Assembly: GCA_036004845.1 (NCBI GenBank)
Contig: DASYRA010000003.1
Span: 1 to 61,805, forward strand
Direction: 5' to 3'
Origin: Candidatus Limnocylindria bacterium
GTDB lineage: Bacteria > Chloroflexota > Limnocylindria > QHBO01
Length of the DNA: 61,805 nt
The first letter of the stretch is position 1. Each line of letters starts with the position of its first letter. The translations under genes and the position numbers were made by a program. The notes under the pieces are model-generated. The model saw nothing but the letters and a program-made list of their open reading frames with translations. It searched no databases and had not been told where the DNA came from. Below are positions 49,153 through 58,409 of the stretch, one piece after another.

Positions 49153-49749
49153 TCAGCCGGCGGTGGCCCGCGTCGGACGCCGGCGACGGAAGGCGCGCCC
49201 CTTCATCCGGTTGCCGCAGACCGCCATCGTGCACCACGTCCCGGATCGGTTGCGCGACGAGTCGTAGAAGGCCCAGCGACAGGTGTCACTGCGGCACACC
49301 TTGAGGCGCCGCCAGGTGCCCTCGATCGCCGCCTCGTAGGCGATGCCGAGGAGCCGACCGATGGCGGCGTGGATGCCCTCCCTGCCCACGGGTTCGACGC
49401 GGGGCTGACCCCCCAGCTGCACCCGCAATGGGATGCGCTCGGCGATGGCATCCAATCGACGCAGCGCCGCCTCCGCGTCACCGTGGCCGGCGTTCGATTC
49501 CAGCACGTCGCGGAGCGTCTCGCGAAACGCGATCGCCTCCGCCAGGTCGCCAGGCCCGAGCCGGGCGTCGCGGGCCAGAAGGCCGCGCTCCACCAGCCAG
49601 TCGGCCAGCAACGCGGGCGTCGAGAAATCCTCCTCCTCGGACTCGAGGTCCACGCTGTTCAGGAACGTTCGCACCAGCTCCAGCCGGCCGGGCGCCGGCG
49701 GACGGCGGCCGGCGTCGGACGCGGGTGGCGACACGATGGTGGCAGGCAA
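49153..49749 (-). CDS. CGNR zinc-finger (ABATE-domain) putative regulator
   Basis: C-terminus CRSDTCRWAFYDSSRNRSGTWCTMAVCGNRMKGRAFRRR. TTG start (GTG at 49734 is an alternative). Confidence 0.85.
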   Translation of the reverse strand: MPATIVSPPASDAGRRPPAPGRLELVRTFLNSVDLESEEEDFSTPALLADWLVERGLLARDARLGPGDLAEAIAFRETLRDVLESNAGHGDAEAALRRLDAIAERIPLRVQLGGQPRVEPVGREGIHAAIGRLLGIAYEAAIEGTWRRLKVCRSDTCRWAFYDSSRNRSGTWCTMAVCGNRMKGRAFRRRRPTRATAG

Positions 49750-49767
49750 ACTAACTTCCGTTCTGAC

Positions 49768-49809
49768 TTGACAGGTTATCCATAACTAGCGTAGAGTATA
49801 CACTAGTTA
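49768..49809 (+). promoter_or_regulatory. promoter candidate TTGACA-N18-TAGAGT, overlapped by inverted repeat TAACTAG-N13-CTAGTTA
   Basis: TTGACA at 49768-49773, TAGAGT at 49792-49797, repeat arms at 49783-49789 and 49803-49809. It lies in a conspicuously AT-rich 63-nt gap. Confidence 0.45.
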
Positions 49810-49812
49810 GCA

Positions 49813-50100
49813 ATGGCTGTGGCAGTCGCCAGCCCTGAGGAGACCGACATGTTCCCGTACTACCGTGAGGACGTCATCCGCGCCGAGGCCGAGGAGCGGC
49901 AGCGGCTGGAGCGCCGCAACCTCCTGCTCCGCCAGCTGCGCGGCGCCACTCCCCCGTTCGACGGCGGCGTCGCCCGGCGCCTCGTCGCGGCGCTGGCCGA
50001 GCAGGCCGGTACCGTTCGCGTTCCCAACAACGGCAGGCGAGTCGACACGCCAACATTGAGCGTGCCGTCCCCTGATGCAACGGAGGCGATGAGCTCATGA
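49813..50100 (+). CDS. small hypothetical protein (95 aa, or 83 aa from the ATG at 49849)
   Basis: High GC3. GAGGAG lies 6 nt before the ATG at 49849. MFPYYREDVIRAEAEERQRLERRNLLLRQLRG. The stop overlaps the next ATG (ATGA). Confidence 0.55.
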   Translation: MAVAVASPEETDMFPYYREDVIRAEAEERQRLERRNLLLRQLRGATPPFDGGVARRLVAALAEQAGTVRVPNNGRRVDTPTLSVPSPDATEAMSS

Positions 50101-50474
50101 CCCGCGGAGACTTCGAGCAATGGCTGGAGCGGTATCGAGCGGCGTGGACGACGGACGACCCGCAGCAGATCGGCGCCCTCTTCACCGAGGACGCGACCTA
50201 CTCGCCCTGGCCGTTCAGCAAGCCGTGGGAGGGTCGCGAGGCGATCGTCGCGAAGTGGATCGAGCGAGGCGATTCGAAGGATCCCTGGCAGTTCGAGTCG
50301 GAGCTGGTGGCGGTCGAGGGAGACACCGGCGTGGTCAAGGGACTGACCACCTATCCCGCTCACGACGACGAGCCGGAGGACGCGTACAGCAACATCTGGG
50401 TGATCCGGCTGGAGCCCGACGGGCGTGCTCGGTCGTTCGCCGAGTGGTGGATCCAACGCCCGAAGCCGGAGTGA
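50097..50474 (+). CDS. SnoaL-like / NTF2-fold protein
   Basis: MTRGDFEQWLERYRAAWTTDDPQQIGALFTEDATYSPWPF. Confidence 0.75.
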   Translation: MTRGDFEQWLERYRAAWTTDDPQQIGALFTEDATYSPWPFSKPWEGREAIVAKWIERGDSKDPWQFESELVAVEGDTGVVKGLTTYPAHDDEPEDAYSNIWVIRLEPDGRARSFAEWWIQRPKPE

Positions 50475-50478
50475 GCTG

Positions 50479-51261
50479 CTAGCGCCCGGTGAAGTCCGGG
50501 TCGCGCTTCTCCAGGAAGGCCGCCATCCCCTCCTTCTGATCCTCCGACCCGAACAGGAGATAGAAGAGGCGGCGCTCGTGCGCGAGCGCATCGGTCAGGC
50601 TCATCTCATAGGCGGCGTTGACCGCTTCCTTGGCCAGCCGCAGCGCCAGCGGCGACTTGGTGGCGATTGTGGCCGCCAGCGCCAGCGCATCCTCCACGAC
50701 CAGCTCGTTCGGCACGACGCGCGCGACCAGACCGAGCCGATGCGCCTCGCGCGCGTCGATCGGCTCGCCGGTCAGGATCATCTCCATCGCCGCGCTCTTG
50801 CCCACCGCCCGCGTCAGGCGCTGCGTCCCGCCGGCTCCCGGGATGACGCCCAGGTTGATCTCCGGCTGACCGAATCGGGCGCCCTCGGCGGCGACGATCA
50901 GGTCGAGGGCCATGGCCAGCTCGCACCCGCCACCCAGGCACCAGCCCGCCACGGCGGCGATCACCGGCTTGCCGATGCGGCGCACGCGGTCCCACTGGGC
51001 GATGCGGTTGGTGCGCAGCATGTCGATGGGGCTGGCATCCGCCATCTCGCCGATGTCCGCGCCCGCGGCAAACGCCCGCTCATTGCCGGTCACCACCAGC
51101 ACGCGGATCGCCTCGTCACGGTCGAGCGCCTCCAGCGCGTTGCACAGCTCGTCCATGACCTGGCCGTTCAGGGCGTTCAGCTGCTTGGGGCGGTTGAAGC
51201 GGAGCAGCGCCACGCGCCGCTCCTCGTCGCGCTCGATCAGGATCAGCGGCTCGTCGGTCAC
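50479..51261 (-). CDS. enoyl-CoA hydratase (crotonase)
   Basis: The GTG at 51261 overlaps the upstream TGA. VVTGNERAFAAGADI. PVIAAVAGWCLGGGCELAMALDL. Confidence 0.9.
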   Translation of the reverse strand: MTDEPLILIERDEERRVALLRFNRPKQLNALNGQVMDELCNALEALDRDEAIRVLVVTGNERAFAAGADIGEMADASPIDMLRTNRIAQWDRVRRIGKPVIAAVAGWCLGGGCELAMALDLIVAAEGARFGQPEINLGVIPGAGGTQRLTRAVGKSAAMEMILTGEPIDAREAHRLGLVARVVPNELVVEDALALAATIATKSPLALRLAKEAVNAAYEMSLTDALAHERRLFYLLFGSEDQKEGMAAFLEKRDPDFTGR

Positions 51262-52217
51262 GGGATCGCCTCGAAGACATCTGGCAGCTGCGCCGCACAG
51301 CCCGGGCAATAGGTTGCGTACGCGGAGATGCCCCTCTCGCCGCACGAGGCGCAGACGCGACCACCACCGGCCTGCAGGCGTCGCAGCTCCTCGTAGCGCG
51401 GGGTCCGCTTCTCGTGGAAGGCAGCCACCGCCTCCCGCGTCTCGTCGGCGGTGGAGTGCACGGCCAGCCAGTCACGCGCGTGGGTCACCGTCTGCGACCA
51501 GGCGAGGTCACGCCACCAGTTGAGCTGCGTCTTCGTGTAGCGCAGCGCTTCCGGCAGCTTGGCGCGCAGGCTGGCCGCCAGCATCGCGACCGTCTCGTCC
51601 AGATCCTCTCGCGGCACCACCCGGTTGACGAGGCCCCAATCCAGGGCCTGGATAGGGCGGATCGGCTCGCACAGCATCAGGATCTCGCGGGCCCGTCGGT
51701 CGCCGACCAGGATCGGCAGCCACTGGGTCGCTCCGCCGGCCGGGACGGAGCCGTGCTCGGGTCCAACGTGACGGATGTAGGCATCGTCGACGAGCACCGA
51801 AAGGTCGCAGGCCATCTGCAGCTCGTTGCCGCCGCCGACGCAGATCCCGTTGATCCGGGCGATGGTCGGCTTGCCGATGTTGCGCAGCCGGTCGTGCATC
51901 TCGATGAAGGCACCCATCCAGCGCCAGTACTGGCCGCTGGTGGCGCCCATCGTCGCCTGCTCATCGAGGTCGGCGCCGGTACAGAATGCCCGATCCCCCG
52001 CCCCGGTGACCACCACCACCGCGATGGCGTCGTCCCATGACGCGTCCTCGAAGGCGCGGCCCAGCTCGCGCAGCGTCTGGAAGTCGAAGGCGTTGAGGAC
52101 CGGCTGCCGGTCGATCGTCACCATCGCCACGCCGCTGGCCGCGTCCTTGTCATAGCGGACCCGCTCGAAGCCGAGCGTCTGCGGATCGACCGCCAGTGGG
52201 GCGCTCGGCTCAGCCAT
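51258..52217 (-). CDS. crotonase-fold (MenB/HCHL-like) enzyme with a C-terminal CxxC-X11-CxxC zinc ribbon
   Basis: Start at MAEPSAPL (ATG 52215-52217). VVTGAGDRAFCTGADL. ARINGICVGGGNELQMACDL. Tail RVCASCGERGISAYATYCPGCAAQL. Confidence 0.85.
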   Translation of the reverse strand: MAEPSAPLAVDPQTLGFERVRYDKDAASGVAMVTIDRQPVLNAFDFQTLRELGRAFEDASWDDAIAVVVVTGAGDRAFCTGADLDEQATMGATSGQYWRWMGAFIEMHDRLRNIGKPTIARINGICVGGGNELQMACDLSVLVDDAYIRHVGPEHGSVPAGGATQWLPILVGDRRAREILMLCEPIRPIQALDWGLVNRVVPREDLDETVAMLAASLRAKLPEALRYTKTQLNWWRDLAWSQTVTHARDWLAVHSTADETREAVAAFHEKRTPRYEELRRLQAGGGRVCASCGERGISAYATYCPGCAAQLPDVFEAIP

Positions 52218-52524
52218 CGGTGGCGGCCTCGTCGTCGACCACGAATAGGGTGACGCCGGCCTGGGCGAAGTTGCGCAGGTCGCGACCGGACTCCCGTCCC
52301 GCATCGGAGGCCAGCGCCTCGTCGAGATCGGCGCGTGAGGCGAAGCTCATCTCGGCCATGAGGTAGTAGTCGGCCGGGCGACCGGCCACCCCGTCGGTCC
52401 TGGTCAGGCGCAGGCCGCGAAGCCCGGGATAGCGGCGCACGATCGGCGCATGCACGTCGCGGTAGTGCGCGTCGAAAGCGGAGGGATCGTCCGGTTGGCT
52501 GTAGAGGGCGATCAGGCGGACCAC
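52210..52524 (-). CDS. EthD-family protein
   Basis: MVRLIALYSQPDDPSAFDAHYRDVHAPIVRRYPGLRGLRL. Confidence 0.75.
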   Translation of the reverse strand: MVRLIALYSQPDDPSAFDAHYRDVHAPIVRRYPGLRGLRLTRTDGVAGRPADYYLMAEMSFASRADLDEALASDAGRESGRDLRNFAQAGVTLFVVDDEAATDG

Positions 52525-52530
52525 GATCCG

Positions 52531-52773
<243 letters not shown>

Positions 52774-52842
52774 CTGCTGGTCGAGCCCTCCGGCCGAGAC
52801 GGGTCTTGGCGCGGTTGAGGATACACCGACGAGGTGGGTCGC

Positions 52843-53955
52843 TCAGCCGACGGTGAGGTCCGGCGAGGACGCCTCGGCCCGCAGGCGGGCATAGCCGGGT
52901 TTCACCTGCTCGTTGATGATCCGCAGCCGCCCGTCGAACGGCAGGAAGGCACTCTTGATCGCGTTGAGAGTGACCCACTCCATGTCCGCCAGGTCCCAGC
53001 CAAAGGTGGCGACCATGCTGGCGAACTCGTCCGACAGGCTGATGTTGCTCATCAGCCGGTTGTCGGTGTTGAGGGTCACCCGGAAGCGGAGGCGCTTCAG
53101 GAGGTCGATCGGGTGGTCCGCGAGCAAGGCCACGGCCCCGGTGTCGACGTTCGAGGTGGGGCACATCTCGAGCGGGATGCGCCGATCGCGGACGTAGGCA
53201 GCCAGTCGCCCCATCGCAATCCGGCCGTCGGGCTGGGTGACGATGTCGTCGACGATCCGCACCCCGTGCCCCAGGCGTTCGGCGCCGCAGAACTGGAGCG
53301 CCTCCCAGATGGACGGCAGCCCGAAGGCCTCGCCGGCGTGGATGGTGAAGTGGAAGTTCTCATGCGCGATCAGCTGAAAGGCATCCAGGTAGCGGGTTGG
53401 CGGGTAGCCCGCCTCCGGCCCGGCCACGTCGAATCCCAGGACGCCGCCCTCGCGATGACGGACGGCGAGCTCCGCGATCTCGACGGAGCGAGCGGCCTGG
53501 CGCATGGCGCTGAGCAGGAGGCCGACCACGATCGGCCGCCCCTCCGTCGCCCGCCGCACCCCTGCGGCAGCTGCCTCGACCACCTGGTCGAGCGTCAACC
53601 CTTCACGCAGGTGCTGTTCGGGTGCGAACCGCACCTCGGCGTACACGATCCCATCCGCGGCGAGGTCCTCGACCTCCTCCGCGGCCACGCGCTCGATGTT
53701 CGGAGCGCTCTGCATGACCGCCACGGTGTGGTCGAAGGCCTCCAGGTAGCGCACCAGCGACCGGCCGCCCTCGCCCGGCGCCGGCTTGAACCAGCCGGCG
53801 AGCTCCTCGGGGTCCCGCGTCGGCAGCGCGGCGTAGCCGATCTCGTCGGCGAGCTCGATGAGCGTCGACGGTCGCAGGCCTCCGTCGAGATGCTCGTGCA
53901 GCAGCACCTTCGGCGCGCGGCGGATGGTGGCGAGGTTGAGTGGAACGGGTGCCAT
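52843..53955 (-). CDS. add: adenosine deaminase
   Basis: Start at MAPVPLNL (ATG 53953-53955). [38 protein letters not shown]. Confidence 0.9.
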   Translation of the reverse strand: MAPVPLNLATIRRAPKVLLHEHLDGGLRPSTLIELADEIGYAALPTRDPEELAGWFKPAPGEGGRSLVRYLEAFDHTVAVMQSAPNIERVAAEEVEDLAADGIVYAEVRFAPEQHLREGLTLDQVVEAAAAGVRRATEGRPIVVGLLLSAMRQAARSVEIAELAVRHREGGVLGFDVAGPEAGYPPTRYLDAFQLIAHENFHFTIHAGEAFGLPSIWEALQFCGAERLGHGVRIVDDIVTQPDGRIAMGRLAAYVRDRRIPLEMCPTSNVDTGAVALLADHPIDLLKRLRFRVTLNTDNRLMSNISLSDEFASMVATFGWDLADMEWVTLNAIKSAFLPFDGRLRIINEQVKPGYARLRAEASSPDLTVG

Positions 53956-54019
53956 CGTGCCGGGCAGCCTAGCCCGCGGCCTGCTCGTCCACAAGGGCAA
54001 AGCCGCTACCCTTCCGCGC

Positions 54020-54892
54020 ATGCCGGAACGCCCACCCCTCATCGTGGCTGCGGCCACGCCGCTGGCACCCGGAGGTGACGCGCTCGACGAGGCGGCGATC
54101 TGGCCGATGGTCCGCTTCCTCGAGGATCGGGGTGCCGACGGCGTCTTCGCCTGCGGCACCACCGGTGAGGGCGTCCTCCTCAGCGCCGATGAGCGGACGC
54201 GGGCGGCGGTCGTCTTCCGGGCGGCGGTTCGCGGACGGCTGATCGTCCATTGCGGGGCGCAGACGACGGCCGAGACCGTGGCGCTCGCGGCTCATGCCCG
54301 CGAGATTGCCGCCGACGCCGTCGCCGTCATCCCGCCGCCCTACTTCCCGCTCGACGCCGATGCGCTGACCGCGCACCTGCTGGCGGCCGCCGAGGCCTGC
54401 GCGCCGCTGCCCTTCTACATCTACGCCTTTGCCGCCCGGAGCGGGTATCCGGTCCCGCCGGAGGTGGTGGCGCGCGTCCGCGACGCGGCATCGAATCTGG
54501 CCGGGCTGAAGGTCAGCGAGTCGCCCTTCCTCAAGGTCGAGCCATTCCTCGATCTCGGCCTGCCTGTCTTCATCGGCTCCGAGCCGTTGATCCCGGCTGC
54601 CATGGCCCGTGGCGCGCTCGGCGCCGTGTCCGGGCTGGCCGCCGCCTTCCCGGAGGTGGTGCGTGCCGCGCTCGACGCGCCGGACACCGCGGCCGAGGCA
54701 CGCCTCCGCACGCTGCGCTCAGCGATGGAGACCCATCCCTTCATCGCCTCGGTGAAGCACGTGCTGCGGCGCCGGGGAGTCCCCATCAACCCGGACCTGC
54801 GTGCGCCGCTTCGCGCCCTGACCGAGGCGGAGTGCGCGGCCCTGGACTCGGTCCTCGGCGAGCTGGACCCCGCCGTCCCGCTCGAAGCCTAG
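54020..54892 (+). CDS. dihydrodipicolinate synthase / N-acetylneuraminate lyase family (DapA-like) enzyme
   Basis: Start at [11 protein letters not shown] (ATG 54020). [22 protein letters not shown]. Confidence 0.85.
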   Translation: MPERPPLIVAAATPLAPGGDALDEAAIWPMVRFLEDRGADGVFACGTTGEGVLLSADERTRAAVVFRAAVRGRLIVHCGAQTTAETVALAAHAREIAADAVAVIPPPYFPLDADALTAHLLAAAEACAPLPFYIYAFAARSGYPVPPEVVARVRDAASNLAGLKVSESPFLKVEPFLDLGLPVFIGSEPLIPAAMARGALGAVSGLAAAFPEVVRAALDAPDTAAEARLRTLRSAMETHPFIASVKHVLRRRGVPINPDLRAPLRALTEAECAALDSVLGELDPAVPLEA

Positions 54893-55515
54893 CCCGACTC
54901 CCCGGCGTCACCGGCCGCGGGCTGCGGGCTGCCGGTCGCGATCCCCGTCTCGCGGTGCAGCGGGGCGGTTGCGGCGTCGTTCATCTCGAACCGGCTTGGC
55001 GGCGCCGCGGCGGCCAGCCGCGCGATCTCTTCAGGGCTGAGCTGGTAGCCGAAGCGGATCGCCGCCACGTTCTCGTCCTGGTAGCGGCGCGGGAGGGATT
55101 CGCGGATCGCGGCGTCGTCGAAGTCGATCTCGGCCAGGCGCAGGAGCCGGCCCAGCGCGATCATGTTGCCGAACAGCTCCTTGCCGAAGTGCTCCGAGCC
55201 GAGCGAGCCGAACGGGATCTGCTCGTCACCCGGCCGACCCAGGCCGAGGTCCGTCACCACCTTACGGCCGCTGATGCGCAGGTGACCCTTGTCGGCCAGC
55301 TTGAGCATGATGTCCGCCTCCTCGACCACCGGATTGGCGATCGGCACGTCGTCGAAGATGACGAAGGCGTCGGACATGCTGCCGCGCACGCTCGAGTCGT
55401 AGTCGAACAGGACGGTCACCTGCTTTCCCATCCGCGCCAGCAGGGCGCCCAGCACGCCGGCGATGACGCGCACCCCCTGGCCGCCCACGCCGTCCAGCGC
55501 GATGCGCGTCGTCAC
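54889..55515 (-). CDS. 2-oxoacid:ferredoxin oxidoreductase, gamma subunit
   Basis: The GTG start overlaps the beta-subunit stop. IALDGVGGQGVRVIAGVLGALLARMG. Confidence 0.85.
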   Translation of the reverse strand: MTTRIALDGVGGQGVRVIAGVLGALLARMGKQVTVLFDYDSSVRGSMSDAFVIFDDVPIANPVVEEADIMLKLADKGHLRISGRKVVTDLGLGRPGDEQIPFGSLGSEHFGKELFGNMIALGRLLRLAEIDFDDAAIRESLPRRYQDENVAAIRFGYQLSPEEIARLAAAAPPSRFEMNDAATAPLHRETGIATGSPQPAAGDAGESG

Positions 55516-56945
55516 GCGATCGACTCGGGGTCGATCCCTGCCTCTCGCAACGCGTCGGCGAGGGTGATCTCCCCCTTGGCGACGCGCAGCTTCACCTCCG
55601 AGGGGAGGCGCTGCATCAGCGCCAGCTTGCGCTGGGCCTCCGCGCGCTTGGCCTCCCTGGGATCCAGCTGGACGGAGGGGGCCGCCGCGTCGTGCGCCGT
55701 TATCGGAGCGGCCGGTTGCGTGTCACTGCCCAATGTCCCGCCGATCAGGTTGCGCTCCTCGGCCGCGGCCTCCCCCTTCTGCGCGTCGAGCTCGGTCGGC
55801 TGCTCCTGGGTGCGCGGATCCTCGCCGGAGGCGCTGATCTGCACGTCGCTCGGCGCAATGGGGGCACCGGCCGGGGCGCTGGCACCGGTGCGAAGCCACT
55901 CCGGGATCGGGATGCCGGCCTGGGTCAGCGCCTCGGTCAGCGTCAGCTCCTGCTTCGCGACCGCGAGCTTCACCTCCGCGGAGAGCTGGGCCATGACCGC
56001 TGCGCGCTCCTTTGACTCTGCCCGGCGCCGAGCCTTCTCGTCGTCGCCCGCCGGCGGCGCCGCAGCCGTGGCGCCGGACGCGCCGGGCGACTCGGTGGCG
56101 GACGCCATTGGGCCCGATGGCTGCGCCGGCAGCGCCTCGGGGCGTTGGGGAGTGCTCGTCATGCCGCTGCCGTTGGTCACGCCCTCGCGGGGCGCCAGGA
56201 TGCCGATCTCGAACGGGTTCAGGTGCTCGGCGTCCTTGGCGGCGCGCTTGTAGGTCTTCCTATAGAAGTTGAGCATGTCGTTGGCGCTGGCAAAGCCGAT
56301 CCGCCGTCCGTTGTTCTCGATGCACTGGCTGGTGATGTCGACGAAGCTGAATCCGTCATGCTCGATCGCCTCGCGAATCGCGTTGCGCATGTGCAGCTGG
56401 TGATAGACGGTGGTCTTCGCGTAGAGCGCGTGCGCAGAGGAGCGGACCAGGCCCTGCAGGTTGATCGGCGTGTTCGGGTTGCCCGCCGGCGAGGAGAGCG
56501 TCTTCGTGCCGGTCGGCGTGGTCGGGCCCGTCTGCCCGCCGGTCAGGCCGTAAATCTCGTTGTTGTTGCAGAGCACGGTCAGCGGGGCGTTGCGACGGAT
56601 GGCGTGGATCAGGTGGTTGCCCCCGATGCTCGCCGTGTCGCCGTCCCCGGCCACCACCACCACGTGCATCTCGGGGCGAACCGCCTTGATCGCCTCTGCG
56701 ACCGGCAGGGTCCGACCATGGAGGGTGTACACGCTTTCGTACTTCATGTAGCTCCCCATCCGGCCGGTGCAGCCGATACCGGTGACCAGGATGGTGTTCG
56801 TGTCGTCCATCCCCATCTCGTCGAGGACCATGGCCAGCTCGATCATGATCGTGCCGATCCCGCATCCCGGACACCAGATCGTGGGGAAGAGATCGACCTT
56901 CAGCCGTCCCTTGAAGCCAAGCTCCGCGAAGGCCAGCTCCGGCAT
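55512..56945 (-). CDS. 2-oxoacid:ferredoxin oxidoreductase, beta (TPP) subunit with a 222-aa C-terminal extension
   Basis: WCPGCG, GIGCTGR, VVAGDGDTASIGGNHLIHAIRRN. The canonical core ends near residue 255 of 477. Confidence 0.88.
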   Translation of the reverse strand: MPELAFAELGFKGRLKVDLFPTIWCPGCGIGTIMIELAMVLDEMGMDDTNTILVTGIGCTGRMGSYMKYESVYTLHGRTLPVAEAIKAVRPEMHVVVVAGDGDTASIGGNHLIHAIRRNAPLTVLCNNNEIYGLTGGQTGPTTPTGTKTLSSPAGNPNTPINLQGLVRSSAHALYAKTTVYHQLHMRNAIREAIEHDGFSFVDITSQCIENNGRRIGFASANDMLNFYRKTYKRAAKDAEHLNPFEIGILAPREGVTNGSGMTSTPQRPEALPAQPSGPMASATESPGASGATAAAPPAGDDEKARRRAESKERAAVMAQLSAEVKLAVAKQELTLTEALTQAGIPIPEWLRTGASAPAGAPIAPSDVQISASGEDPRTQEQPTELDAQKGEAAAEERNLIGGTLGSDTQPAAPITAHDAAAPSVQLDPREAKRAEAQRKLALMQRLPSEVKLRVAKGEITLADALREAGIDPESIA

Positions 56946-58081
56946 CAGCCGATCCCCAGCGGCGAGCGCTCGACCGGCTCGGTGGGTGCGGGGGGGATCG
57001 GCGGCTCTGAGGGACCGTCACCCAGCACCCGGTCGAGTCCGTCGCGCACCGCCTCGAGGCTGATGCGCCCGCCGAGCAGCGGGACGCGCTTCACCTCGCG
57101 GCGGAGCGCCAGCTCGAGCATATCGGCGTATTGCCCGTCGTTCGCCTCGATGCACACGATCTGCTCGTAGCCATCGGCGATGGCGCGCGCCTCGTCGGTC
57201 AGCATCGGGTGGATCCGGATCGGGCGGAAGAGCGCGTAGTCGGGTGCGAGCGGGGAAGCGACGCGGCTGACGATGCCGTAGCAGACGATCAGGACCCTGG
57301 CGTCGCGGTTCCAGCCGTGCTCGTAGAGCGCGTAGCGCTGGGCCACCTCAATGTGCCGATGCTTCGCGTCGTAGTACTGACGCAGATACTCGTCGGCATC
57401 GGCGGTGGCCGGCTCTCCGGCATTCGGCCCCTGCTCGTACATCACCACGCCCGCGAAGAAGCGCGGCTTTCCCGCCTCGTGCTTCCCCAGCGGGACGAGG
57501 CTTCGCGGCACGATCTCGACGCCGGCCGCCACCTCGTCCAGGTCGACAACCTCGTTGAGGTGCGCCACGAAGGTGTCCGAAAGGACGATCACCGGGGAGA
57601 GCGACTCCTCGGCGGCGTTGAACGCCTGCACCGTCACCCGGAAGGCCTCCTCGACCCCGTTCGGGTAGAAGGCCAGCGGGGTGTAGTCGCCCGTGCTCCC
57701 GTAGCGGACCTGCATGATGTCCCCCTGGCCGGGCATCGTCGGCATGCCGGTCGCGGGCCCGACGCGCTGAACGTCGACGAAGACGCACGGCACCCCGACC
57801 TTCTGGGCGTAGCCGACCGCCTCCTGCATCAGGCTGAAGCCCGGTCCGCTGGTCGCGGTGAATGCCTTGGCGCCGGCCAGGCTGGCGCCGATGATCGCGT
57901 TCGCGCTGGCGATCTCGTCCTCGGCCTGGAGGAAGCGGAACTGCGGATGCTCGGCAGCCCAACCGGAGGCGACGTTGAGGATCTCGGTCGAGGGTGAGAT
58001 CGGATAGCCGGCGTAGTAGCTCGCTCCCGCGGCGACCGCTCCGCGGAAGACGGCCTCGTTCCCCTGTGTCAGCTTCCGCAT
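56945..58081 (-). CDS. 2-oxoacid:ferredoxin oxidoreductase, alpha subunit
   Basis: Start at MRKLTQGNEAVFRGAVAAGASYYAGYPISPSTEIL (ATG 58079-58081). TATSGPGFSLMQE. Confidence 0.9.
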   Translation of the reverse strand: MRKLTQGNEAVFRGAVAAGASYYAGYPISPSTEILNVASGWAAEHPQFRFLQAEDEIASANAIIGASLAGAKAFTATSGPGFSLMQEAVGYAQKVGVPCVFVDVQRVGPATGMPTMPGQGDIMQVRYGSTGDYTPLAFYPNGVEEAFRVTVQAFNAAEESLSPVIVLSDTFVAHLNEVVDLDEVAAGVEIVPRSLVPLGKHEAGKPRFFAGVVMYEQGPNAGEPATADADEYLRQYYDAKHRHIEVAQRYALYEHGWNRDARVLIVCYGIVSRVASPLAPDYALFRPIRIHPMLTDEARAIADGYEQIVCIEANDGQYADMLELALRREVKRVPLLGGRISLEAVRDGLDRVLGDGPSEPPIPPAPTEPVERSPLGIG

Positions 58082-58085
58082 CGGC

Positions 58086-58397
58086 CTAGGAGGACTCTGC
58101 CGGCGTGCCGCCCCGAGCCGCATGCGCGGCAACCGCCTCAGGCAGCATCTCGATGGCGATGTCCGGGCAGTACCGCTCGCAGAGGCCGCACAGGATGCAG
58201 TCCTGCTCCTCGATGATGGCGTCGTTGCGCAGGACGAGCGTGTTCTTGGGGCAGATGTCGACGCAGATGTCGCAGCGCTTGCAGAAGACGGGGTTCCAGC
58301 TGATGTTCGTGTAGTCGACCCACCGGATGCCGTCCTTGTGGTCGGAAGAGATCCCGCTTCCGAAGCCGATTGGGTCCGAGGCGCGTTCGCGAGTCAT
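58086..58397 (-). CDS. 2x[4Fe-4S] ferredoxin-type delta subunit of the oxidoreductase
   Basis: CKRCDICVDICP and CILCGLCERYCP. Confidence 0.85.
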   Translation of the reverse strand: MTRERASDPIGFGSGISSDHKDGIRWVDYTNISWNPVFCKRCDICVDICPKNTLVLRNDAIIEEQDCILCGLCERYCPDIAIEMLPEAVAAHAARGGTPAESS

Positions 58398-58409
58398 GGG
58401 AGGGCGATT

